Shown: positions 4,791 to 12,359 of the stretch, in pieces
Numbering within the stretch: position 1 is the first letter of the stretch
Layout: every line of letters begins with the position of its first letter
IMG/VR virus record: IMGVR_UViG_3300024520_000039
Length of the DNA stretch: 12,636 nucleotides
Direction: 5' to 3' (one strand)
Origin: a virus
Notes under the pieces: generated by a model
Told to the model about the DNA's origin: nothing
The model's input: only the letters and a program-made list of their open reading frames with translations
The model's database searches: none
Position numbers and translations under genes: made by a program

Positions 4791-6035
4791 ATGGTTAAAC
4801 TAGATCAATGGCAACAAGATGTACTAGACACGAAGGGTAATATATGTCTAGTTAGCGGAAGACAAGTAGGAAAGAGTTTCATAATCTCCATTAAAGCAGC
4901 AATAGCAGCATTAAGTAAACCAAGACAGACTATAATGATTGTAGCAGCTACTGAAAGACAAGCATATCTACTATTCGAGAAGACACTTGCTTTTATAGAA
5001 CAAAATGACAGCAAAGCGATTAAGAAGGGGAAGTTTAGACCAACAAAGACAAGACTTAACTTAAGAAACGGAAGTACTATACATTGTTTACCAGTTGGAC
5101 TATCAGGTTATGGGATTAGAGGTTACACAGTTAATCAACTTTACGTTGATGAAGCAGCTTTTGTTAATGATGACGTATTTACTGCTATACTACCTATGCT
5201 CAGTACAACCAAAGGAGACCTTATACTACTGAGTACTCCACACGGAAGGAAGGGATTCCTTTACGAAGCAAGTAATAGAACTGACTTTAAACAGTTTAGA
5301 ATCAGTAGTGAAGAATGTGAAAGACATGATATAGAATTCTTAAACACACAAAAGGATATGATGACTAAAAAGGAGTACGCACAAGAGTATTTGGGACACT
5401 TTATAGATGACTTAGATCAGTTCTTCCCAGATAAGCTTATTAAAAGTGTTATGAAGAGGCAAAGACAACCTTACAACCCAGAATTTCACTACTATATGGG
5501 AGTAGATATAGCTAGAATGGGAAGTGACGAATCCACGTTTGAAGTTGTTTACAAGAAGAAGGATAGAATATACCAAGTAGACAATCACATAACTAAGAAG
5601 ACGCTAACCACTAACACAACAAGATTAATTAAAGTGTTTAAAGAGAAGTTTAACCTAAAGAAGATATATATAGATAGTAGGGGAGTTGGAGCTGGAGTCC
5701 TTGATCAATGTTTGGAGGATAATGACCTTAAGCGTAATATAGTTCCAATAGATAATGCAGCTAAAGACTTAACATATGACTCAAGTAGGCCAAAAAAACG
5801 TAAGTTGAACAAGGAAGAACTATACACTAACTTATTACGGTTAATGGAACAAGGTAAGATAGACTTACTAGATGATTCAGAGATATTCCAATCTCTAAAA
5901 AGCGTTCAATATGAATATACTAATGATGGGGATATAAGGATCTATGGAAAATACACTCATATAGCAGAAGGGCTGATTAGAGCGGCTTGGTGTGTTAAAG
6001 ACAAAAGCTTAAATATATGGATTGACTATATTTAG
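4791..6035 (+). CDS. terL: Terminase large subunit (ATPase plus nuclease), 414 aa.
   Basis: Walker A VSGRQVGKS, Walker B LYVDEAAF and a coupling-type LLSTPHG motif. The C-terminal RNaseH-like nuclease carries acidic motifs MGVDIARMGSDES and IYIDSRGVGAG. Confidence 0.9.
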   Translation: MVKLDQWQQDVLDTKGNICLVSGRQVGKSFIISIKAAIAALSKPRQTIMIVAATERQAYLLFEKTLAFIEQNDSKAIKKGKFRPTKTRLNLRNGSTIHCLPVGLSGYGIRGYTVNQLYVDEAAFVNDDVFTAILPMLSTTKGDLILLSTPHGRKGFLYEASNRTDFKQFRISSEECERHDIEFLNTQKDMMTKKEYAQEYLGHFIDDLDQFFPDKLIKSVMKRQRQPYNPEFHYYMGVDIARMGSDESTFEVVYKKKDRIYQVDNHITKKTLTTNTTRLIKVFKEKFNLKKIYIDSRGVGAGVLDQCLEDNDLKRNIVPIDNAAKDLTYDSSRPKKRKLNKEELYTNLLRLMEQGKIDLLDDSEIFQSLKSVQYEYTNDGDIRIYGKYTHIAEGLIRAAWCVKDKSLNIWIDYI

Positions 6036-6072
6036 CAAGAAAATAGGTAAAAAACACTAAAAAACAACTAAA

Positions 6073-6426
6073 ATGGCAGAAACTTTATGTGATTCGGGGG
6101 CAGTTAAGCTAAAAGCAGGGGCAAACGTGGCTACTTTAACAGGATCACAATATACACAATTAATAAACCAAGCTGAGGCGGATATAATGGCTTCAACCCG
6201 TATAGACTGGGTAAATCTATACAGTAGTCTGGACGCAGAAAACAAACTTATACTAGAGGCAGCCTGTAGTGATAAAGCAGGGATATATGCAATAAGCTAT
6301 GATATGTCAGGATACACCAGTCGAGCAGAAGCAATAACCATGTTAAATGTATTATGGGCAAGTTTTACTGATGCTTTGAGAGTATTAAAAGAAGATAATT
6401 CAAAAACTTATCTTGGAGGTAGCTGA
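6073..6426 (+). CDS. Possible head-tail connector/adaptor (gp6-like helical protein), 117 aa.
   Basis: Small helical protein within the head morphogenesis block. The segment QYTQLINQAEADIMASTR resembles the conserved helix of head-tail connector families. Evidence is weak and by eye only. Confidence 0.35.
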   Translation: MAETLCDSGAVKLKAGANVATLTGSQYTQLINQAEADIMASTRIDWVNLYSSLDAENKLILEAACSDKAGIYAISYDMSGYTSRAEAITMLNVLWASFTDALRVLKEDNSKTYLGGS

Positions 6427-7067
6427 TGGGAATATTACCAACAACAATCCCCCAACAAGCAGAAAGCCCTTTGATTACTTTCTCTTTTACTGATGTTGCA
6501 GAAGGAACTGGTATTCAAACCTTCTTCTTAGCTAATACAAAAGAAGATACAACTACTAGTTATTTACTAACAGGTAATGAGATATATAGTAATGATCAAA
6601 TTGAAACAGTATCTTTAGCAATAGATACATCAAGTTTTACTAAATTTGGAGATTTTGATTTTGACACTTCAGTATTAAACCTACCAAGAAACATAAGAGG
6701 TACTTTATCATCTAATTTATTCTGGAGTATTCAAAAAGCAACTGGATTTGTTTGCCAGGGATACATTATACTAAAGTTAAGGAAATGGGATGGAACTACT
6801 GAAACTGAAGTTACTTCTGTTCAATCTGAAACTGTAACTTCAACTCAAGCAGGAGTGGAACAAATTAGTGCAGTTCAAGTTTTAGTTAGTGATACACATT
6901 TTAAAAAGGGAGATACTATCAGATTAACTGTGGAAGTCTGGGCTAAAAATACAGATCCATCAAATCAAGGAACAATTAAATTTGGAAATGACCCTCAAAA
7001 TAGAATTGATGATATTTCAGAAGGAAGTAAATCGACGGTGTATATGCCGTTTAGGATAGACTCATAA
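6426..7067 (+). CDS. Virion-associated beta-sandwich protein of unknown role, 213 aa.
   Basis: GGAGG lies 8 nt upstream, with a TGATG junction to the previous gene and a TAATG junction to the portal gene. It is T/S-rich with beta-strand periodicity and a KKGDTIRLTVEVWA motif like the other two jelly-roll-like modules. Confidence 0.45.
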   Translation: MGILPTTIPQQAESPLITFSFTDVAEGTGIQTFFLANTKEDTTTSYLLTGNEIYSNDQIETVSLAIDTSSFTKFGDFDFDTSVLNLPRNIRGTLSSNLFWSIQKATGFVCQGYIILKLRKWDGTTETEVTSVQSETVTSTQAGVEQISAVQVLVSDTHFKKGDTIRLTVEVWAKNTDPSNQGTIKFGNDPQNRIDDISEGSKSTVYMPFRIDS

Positions 7068-8158
7068 TGGGAGAATTTGACTTAAACAAAACAACAGTAA
7101 CAGACCTAAGTGGAACTGTGGACGACTTCAAAGTAAACACACAAACCTTAGACTCTCCAGGAGAACAACAAGATGAAACAACTTATACTTTTGATAAAGC
7201 AGCAGAACAATTAGGTTACTACAAGTCTATACCTGAATTAAAAAAGGCAATAGATAGCCTAGCTATTTGGAGTGTTGCACAAGGATTTAAATCAGACGCA
7301 AGAACAAAATCAACTCTAGACTCTTTAACTGGATGGGGAGAAGATAGTTTTACTAGTATAGTTAGAAACCTAATAACTCAAAAGAAGATATTCGGAGATG
7401 CTTTCGCAGAAATAATAAGGGGAGATAATAATTCTATAATTAATATTAAACCACTATATACTGGAGATATGAAAGTAGTTGTTGATGGTAAGGGGATAAT
7501 AAAAAGATATGAACAGCTAAGTAGTAATAAAAAAAGCAAACCAAAAGTATTTGCACCAAATGAAATACTACATTTAGCAAACAATAGAATAGGTAATGAG
7601 ATTCATGGCGTAAGTGTTGTTGATGCTGTTAAGTGGGTTATAGATTCAAGAGCAGAAGCAATGAACGATTGGAGAAGACTCTCCCATAGATCAACAATTA
7701 GACTAATGTATATTGATGCAGATAATACAACCAAACTTAATTCAATAAAGACTGAGTATGCAAGTGCTATTGACAAAGGAGAACTAATGCTTATACCAGC
7801 TAAGAAAGGAGAGGCTGAGTTCCAAGATTTAGATCTACCGCCAATACAAAACCATCTTCAATGGATCCAATACTTAGAGAACTATTTCTACCAGGCGGTA
7901 GGAGTACCACGAGTTATTGCAACCTCTGAAAACTTTACCGAAGCTGCCTCTAAGATTGGATTCCTAACTTTTGAACCTATATACACAAGTGAACAAGTAG
8001 AGTTAGAAAGTGACCTTTGGTTACAAGCAGCAATAAAAGTTACATTTACTAGACCTCCTAGTCTAAGTGGGGTAGCACAAGACAATGAAGAAAAGAACAC
8101 AGGACAAACTGGATTTCAACAAAATGAAAGCCAAGTCGGTGTAGGGAGGACGGAATAA
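7067..8158 (+). CDS. Portal protein, 363 aa.
   Basis: Size and position within the terminase/head gene block. Central segments typical of portals are present (FGDAFAEIIR...ILHLANNRIGNEIHGVSVVDAV...). The C-terminus is disordered and Q/N/E-rich. Confidence 0.75.
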   Translation: MGEFDLNKTTVTDLSGTVDDFKVNTQTLDSPGEQQDETTYTFDKAAEQLGYYKSIPELKKAIDSLAIWSVAQGFKSDARTKSTLDSLTGWGEDSFTSIVRNLITQKKIFGDAFAEIIRGDNNSIINIKPLYTGDMKVVVDGKGIIKRYEQLSSNKKSKPKVFAPNEILHLANNRIGNEIHGVSVVDAVKWVIDSRAEAMNDWRRLSHRSTIRLMYIDADNTTKLNSIKTEYASAIDKGELMLIPAKKGEAEFQDLDLPPIQNHLQWIQYLENYFYQAVGVPRVIATSENFTEAASKIGFLTFEPIYTSEQVELESDLWLQAAIKVTFTRPPSLSGVAQDNEEKNTGQTGFQQNESQVGVGRTE

Positions 8159-8343
8159 TGACAAAGAAGAAACAAACCCATAAACCCTTAATTGAAACTA
8201 TAATTAATACATCTGCCTTAGCCTTAACAGCGTTTGGAGTTCAACAAATAACTATGAGTAATTGGGAAGGATACGGGTCTTTACTACTAGGTGTTATGTT
8301 GGAGTTTGCTAAATACTGGGGTAGAAAGGAGGAACTATGGTAA
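8158..8343 (+). CDS. Small membrane protein with two predicted TM helices, 61 aa. A holin-like role is possible but unsupported.
   Basis: GGGAGG SD and a TAATG junction. Hydrophobic segments IINTSALALTAFGVQQI and GYGSLLLGVMLEFAKYW. Confidence 0.4.
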   Translation: MTKKKQTHKPLIETIINTSALALTAFGVQQITMSNWEGYGSLLLGVMLEFAKYWGRKEELW

Positions 8344-9386
8344 CTAAGAAGAAGAAGAAGCAAATTTTTAATCAAACTCCAGCTACTCCGTTTGACTTAG
8401 CCAGAGGTAATAAAGAAACTCAAGATTCAACACCTAATAAAGGAACAGGATTCACTACTCAACCTGATCCTGGAGGAAAAGCAATATCCTTAAGTGATCC
8501 TGAAAAAGGAGGACAAACAACAGGTTTAGTATTACCAGATGGAAGGACATTACTTGGACTTAGTAAAGCAGATGTAGCAAAATTAACTCAAAGGTTTGAT
8601 GATGATTTAGGTGAGGGTAAAGGAGTTATAAGTGGAGTGGCACAAGGCGAAGCACTAGCACAAAGAAAAGCAGAAGGGTTACCAACTACAGATGAAGAAG
8701 CAGCAAGACTAGGAGAAGAACAAGGAGTTTTCAAAGATGTAACACAACCTCAATTAGAAGCACAATCTATTTTTACAGCAAAAGGAATTAGAGAAGCAGA
8801 AGCAGCAGCACAAGCGACTAACCCTTTAAACGGATTAAGAAAACAACTAAAGGGAGTTATACCAGAAGGCGAAGATACGCCACTTAGAATATTATTTGAA
8901 GGACAAAGAAAGATGATAGACTTAATTTTTGATGGGGCAGGTAGGAGAATAGCTTTAGTAAATGCAGCAAAGGAAATACCTGGATCAGTTCCTTTCGTTG
9001 GAGGGGCAGTTCAAACACTTACTCGTGACCCCCAAAAAGATGTTAATGAAATAAAAGGGAGTTTTGAAGCAAGAAACCAATTAGTAGCCAATGTTGCTGT
9101 AGATGTCTTACAGGAAGATATGTTAGCAGCAGATGGTTTTAGGGCATTAAATGAACATGAGAAAAGAGTAAACGAATATCTAGAAGAAATAAGAACGCAA
9201 GTAATCTTAAGCCCTTCCTTAAGAACTTCTGAACTAGAAGACTTAGAAGTGGATGCCTTAGAATTATTAGAGGAAATACAAGGGGCAAGAGGGGACATAT
9301 TTGAAGTAAGTGTTGGGACAAACCCAGACCCAGAAAGGATAGCTATGAAGATTGAGAGATATAAGAAACTTTTAAAGAAAGTGTAA
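8337..9386 (+). CDS. Scaffolding-like or internal head protein, 349 aa.
   Basis: AAGGAGG SD. The N-terminus is Lys-rich and disordered, followed by long E/A/K/Q-rich helical regions. The gene lies between the portal and capsid genes. No protease catalytic motif recognised. Confidence 0.5.
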   Translation: MVTKKKKKQIFNQTPATPFDLARGNKETQDSTPNKGTGFTTQPDPGGKAISLSDPEKGGQTTGLVLPDGRTLLGLSKADVAKLTQRFDDDLGEGKGVISGVAQGEALAQRKAEGLPTTDEEAARLGEEQGVFKDVTQPQLEAQSIFTAKGIREAEAAAQATNPLNGLRKQLKGVIPEGEDTPLRILFEGQRKMIDLIFDGAGRRIALVNAAKEIPGSVPFVGGAVQTLTRDPQKDVNEIKGSFEARNQLVANVAVDVLQEDMLAADGFRALNEHEKRVNEYLEEIRTQVILSPSLRTSELEDLEVDALELLEEIQGARGDIFEVSVGTNPDPERIAMKIERYKKLLKKV

Positions 9387-9396
9387 GGAGGTTAAA

Positions 9397-9648
9397 ATGA
9401 ACGAAAAAGAAACCAAAGAGATAAAAGATAATGAAGAGAAAGAAGAACACCCACTTGTCCAAACAGCACAGGAAGCGGCAACTCGTCTTGAGGCGGCTAA
9501 CAAAAAGGCTGAGGAAATTCTTAAAGCTAATCTTGAACTAGAGGCTAGAGGTAGACTTGGAGGAAAAGCAGATATTACAGTTCCTAAGAAGGATGAAGAA
9601 GTCAGCGCTGAGGATTATGCAAAACAAGTTCTAGGAGGTAAGTTATAA
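9397..9648 (+). CDS. Small charged coiled-coil protein (scaffold-like), 83 aa.
   Basis: AGGAGG SD with 6-nt spacing. E/K-rich helical sequence (AATRLEAANKKAEEILKANLELEARG). Confidence 0.5.
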   Translation: MNEKETKEIKDNEEKEEHPLVQTAQEAATRLEAANKKAEEILKANLELEARGRLGGKADITVPKKDEEVSAEDYAKQVLGGKL

Positions 9649-10067
9649 TGCACTTATACGTAATGGCTAAGGGGATAAAGCCCCATCTTGAAACTTGGCA
9701 GAATGAACTATTAGCCCAAAAGTTACCACTCATGAGGGATGGAAAACCAGTAATAGAAGAAGGAAATAGACAAATGTTCGTACAATTAGCAGTAAGACCA
9801 GTACAACTATTTGAGATAGGATTCCCAAAAGAACATCTTGATTATGTTATGAATGTCGTTGGTACTGGAGATTATATACTAGATCGTTATCCTATTCTAA
9901 ACTATAGTGCTAAGGCTCTGCGAAAGAGTTTTGGACTAAAGGATGTACCTATACCAAAGGCACCTAATATGTTAATGCAGCCAGAACCAACTCAAAAATC
10001 AGTTGCAATAGTCCCAATAGGTATAAAGGAGGACATGTTTAGCAAGGATGGAGTTGAGCAACTTTGA
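9648..10067 (+). CDS. Hypothetical head-module protein, 139 aa.
   Basis: AGGAGG SD and a TAATG junction. No motif recognised. Confidence 0.5.
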   Translation: MHLYVMAKGIKPHLETWQNELLAQKLPLMRDGKPVIEEGNRQMFVQLAVRPVQLFEIGFPKEHLDYVMNVVGTGDYILDRYPILNYSAKALRKSFGLKDVPIPKAPNMLMQPEPTQKSVAIVPIGIKEDMFSKDGVEQL

Positions 10068-10149
10068 CTTATGGTTCTTTAGAATAGGTGCTTTAGGCAT
10101 GATTCTAATAAAATCTTATCAAGTCTTTATTAAGGAAAGATTTAAATAA
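10048..10149 (+). CDS. Possible 33-aa membrane micro-protein (MELSNFDLWFFRIGALGMILIKSYQVFIKERFK).
   Basis: Manual ORF overlapping the end of 9648-10067 by 20 nt. It has a hydrophobic core followed by a basic tail and fills most of an otherwise non-coding 102-nt gap. Its 3' end overlaps the TATA box at 10141-10148. Confidence 0.25.
   Translation: MELSNFDLWFFRIGALGMILIKSYQVFIKERFK
10134..10148 (+). promoter_or_regulatory. Archaeal-type BRE/TATA promoter candidate (GGAAAGA-TTTAAATA) for a leaderless decoration/capsid mRNA.
   Basis: TTTAAATA (10141-10148) is followed by exactly 21 nt and then ATG 10170. No SD is present. The GAAAGA element is shared with the site at 2097-2111. Confidence 0.5.
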
Positions 10150-10169
10150 TAGTACTGTGTAGTCCTAAC

Positions 10170-10595
10170 ATGGCAAATGAGGCGATTTGGAGAGATAACT
10201 TGGGAGAAACTCCTATAGATTTTACTGTTGCAGACGGTACAGGGATTGAAAAAGGAGCTTTATGCAAATTAACAGATCCTAGAACAGCAGCACTTTCTGA
10301 CACACTAGGAGAACCTATTGCAGGTATTGCAGCTAGAGAAAAGATAGCAAATAATACAATAACTAGACTTGCATTTCACAGAAAGGGTATTTTTGATATG
10401 GTAGCTAGTGGTGCAATTACAGTTGGAGAACCTGTAACAACAGCAGCAGACGCAAACTACCCAAACACAGTTAGAGTTGCTTTAGAGAGTGCTATTTCAG
10501 GAGCAGCAGTTATAGGACACTCACTTGAAACAGCATCTGATGGTGAAGTAGTTCAAATTTTATTTAACATAGGAAGTGGATCTCCGCAGAAATAA
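10170..10595 (+). CDS. Head decoration / capsid cement protein (DUF2190-like), 141 aa.
   Basis: Pattern ...GTGIEKGALCKLTD...IAGIAAREK...GIFDMVASGAITVGEPV...AVIGHSLETASDGEVVQILFN, typical of DUF2190-type decoration proteins. The gene lies immediately upstream of the major capsid gene. Confidence 0.6.
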   Translation: MANEAIWRDNLGETPIDFTVADGTGIEKGALCKLTDPRTAALSDTLGEPIAGIAAREKIANNTITRLAFHRKGIFDMVASGAITVGEPVTTAADANYPNTVRVALESAISGAAVIGHSLETASDGEVVQILFNIGSGSPQK

Positions 10596-10596
10596 A

Positions 10597-10659
10597 ATGA
10601 ATGACGAAGAAGTAACACCTACAGAAGAAGAAGAAAATAAAGAGGAGGAAGAAGAATAA
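10597..10659 (+). CDS. Possible 20-aa acidic micro-ORF (MNDEEVTPTEEEENKEEEEE). It may equally be only a purine-rich spacer carrying the capsid gene's SD.
   Basis: Manual ORF whose stop overlaps the capsid ATG (TAATG). It contains GAGGAGG 11 nt upstream of ATG 10659. Confidence 0.15.
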   Translation: MNDEEVTPTEEEENKEEEEE

Positions 10660-11525
10660 TGGCAGATACAGTAGAACAGGCAGACATAAGGGGATTAGAT
10701 ATAGATAAAGCTGTAAAAGGATTTGCTTTAACAGAATATATTTTTAAGAACTTAGTTTCACAAGGTACAACATCAGGAGATTCTATTAGATGGTACAAGG
10801 AAACAGCAGCAGACTTAACAGCAACAGCACCAAGTGTTATTGCTAACATCTCACCATTAAGTACATTCCCAACTCTTGAAGTATCTTGGACAAGAAATAC
10901 TAGTTATGTAAGAAAATATGCAGCTGAAGGATTCTTATCTATGGAAGATATGAAGTCAGCAGATATTGATGTATTAGCTAGAACTCTACTTAGATTAACT
11001 AGGGCAGTAGTAAAGCAAGTAGATACTAGAATTTATAACGTATTAACTGAATCTCAATCACCAAGTGATATTGGAACAGCAGCTGCTACAGGAACAGGAT
11101 GGGATGATACAACTAATGGAAACCCAGTATTAGATATTATGGCAGCAAAGCAAAACATAGCTGAGAATGATTATGACTTAGCATCTTGTATTGTAGCTAT
11201 GAACCCTAAGAACCATAAGGATTTACTTAACTATTTAATAACAGTAAAAGGATCTAGTATCCCAAGTTTCTCAAGTGAGAAGGTACAAACTGGTATAGTT
11301 ATGAACCTATTAGGTTGTCGAGTGGTAGTAAGTAATAACGTTGTAGCAGATTCAGTTTATGTAGGATTACCTGCTAAAGCTGCAACTTGGAAAACATTCA
11401 CAGGAACAACAGCAAGAGTTATTGAAGATCCTGGACTCGGAAGTAAGGTAAGAGTATGGGAAATTGGAGAAGCTATTTTAACAGATCCTAAGGCATGTTA
11501 TTTAATTACTGATACAGATACATAA
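10659..11525 (+). CDS. Major capsid protein, HK97 fold, 288 aa.
   Basis: Position after the scaffold and decoration genes. A spine-helix-like segment DVLARTLLRLTRAVVKQVDTRIYNVL is present. The region GWDD..NPVLDIMAAKQNI...AMNPKNHKDL and the C-terminal VWEIGEAILTDPKACYLI are typical of HK97-like capsid families. Confidence 0.8.
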   Translation: MADTVEQADIRGLDIDKAVKGFALTEYIFKNLVSQGTTSGDSIRWYKETAADLTATAPSVIANISPLSTFPTLEVSWTRNTSYVRKYAAEGFLSMEDMKSADIDVLARTLLRLTRAVVKQVDTRIYNVLTESQSPSDIGTAAATGTGWDDTTNGNPVLDIMAAKQNIAENDYDLASCIVAMNPKNHKDLLNYLITVKGSSIPSFSSEKVQTGIVMNLLGCRVVVSNNVVADSVYVGLPAKAATWKTFTGTTARVIEDPGLGSKVRVWEIGEAILTDPKACYLITDTDT

Positions 11526-11686
11526 TGACAAAAGAAAATTCTAAAAAGTTATACGATTTTTACTTAGAAAGTGGTAACATCAAAGCAGCTACTAACATGC
11601 TTAATAAGTACCCTGACTTTGCAACAAAGAAGAAAGTAGTAGTAGAAGAAGTTGTAGAAGAAAAAGAAAAAATTAAAAAGAAGTAA
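11525..11686 (+). CDS. Hypothetical 53-aa protein with a Lys/Glu-rich tail. It is below the ORF-track cutoff.
   Basis: Manual ORF MTKENSKKLYDFYLESGNIKAATNMLNKYPDFATKKKVVVEEVVEEKEKIKKK, joined to the capsid gene by a TAATG junction. Confidence 0.4.
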   Translation: MTKENSKKLYDFYLESGNIKAATNMLNKYPDFATKKKVVVEEVVEEKEKIKKK

Positions 11687-11700
11687 TACGTATAATTCTA

Positions 11701-11823
11701 ATGGTAGAAGTAGGAACAGGAACAATAGGTACTAGATTTATAGAAACTGATTATCCTAATAGTGGTGGTCTTGTCGCTGGTACAACTATTACCTGGGAAG
11801 ATAAAGATCTGGAGATTTCATAA
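11701..11823 (+). CDS. Hypothetical 40-aa protein (MVEVGTGTIGTRFIETDYPNSGGLVAGTTITWEDKDLEIS). It is below the ORF-track cutoff.
   Basis: Manual ORF joined to the next gene by a TAATG junction. An A/T-only octamer ATTAAAAA (11672-11679) again lies exactly 21 nt upstream of the ATG; this site is weaker than the other three. Confidence 0.35.
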   Translation: MVEVGTGTIGTRFIETDYPNSGGLVAGTTITWEDKDLEIS

Positions 11824-12359
11824 TGGTACCTGGATTAGCAGCTAACGCACATCCCACAAATTTTGTATTACCTAATCAAAGTGGTATGGAAAACAATTCT
11901 AGATTTCTAAATGAAATGCAAGTTTACGGAGAGATATGGGTTAAGGATAATACTACAGAAACAACTCTAAATAGTGCAGCAAAGGCACAAATATTAGTAT
12001 TTACTGATGATGGAGATGCAGAAGGGAGTAAGCCTGAATTTGAAGAGGGACATATAGAGATAAAAAAAGCAGGGAAATATATGGTTAATGTCGCTATGTC
12101 TATGAGCAATACAGCAGGACAAGGCCATGTCGTTAGTGTTGGATTATTTGTAAATAATGGAGAAGATCCATTTAATAATGTCCATGCAGGTAGAGGATTA
12201 ACAACAGCATCAACAGTTGGTAACGCTCATATGTCAGGGATATGTAACTTTGATGTTGGGGATACTGTGGAACTATGGGCTATTACTGATAGCGGCCAGG
12301 ATAGGAATGTATTATTTGAAGATGTAACATTAAGTATAACAAGGGTAGGTAAATTATAA
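11823..12359 (+). CDS. C1q/TNF-like (BclA-C-terminal-like) jelly-roll protein, 178 aa. Probably a fibre-tip or receptor-binding component.
   Basis: Strand pattern YGEIWV...HIEIKKAGKYMVNVAMSMS...VSVGLFVNNGED...MSGICNFDVGDTVELWAI...VTLSITRV matches the C1q/TNF jelly-roll signature. TAATG junctions lie on both sides, and the gene is directly upstream of the fibre ORF. Confidence 0.5.
   Translation: MVPGLAANAHPTNFVLPNQSGMENNSRFLNEMQVYGEIWVKDNTTETTLNSAAKAQILVFTDDGDAEGSKPEFEEGHIEIKKAGKYMVNVAMSMSNTAGQGHVVSVGLFVNNGEDPFNNVHAGRGLTTASTVGNAHMSGICNFDVGDTVELWAITDSGQDRNVLFEDVTLSITRVGKL

Noticed and set aside
8346-8360. (AAG)5 run encoding KKKKK at the start of ORF 8337-9386, considered as a possible slippage or phase-variation tract.
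   Set aside because: It is a short, in-frame triplet repeat, and Lys-rich N-termini are common in internal or scaffold proteins. Nothing suggests frameshifting.
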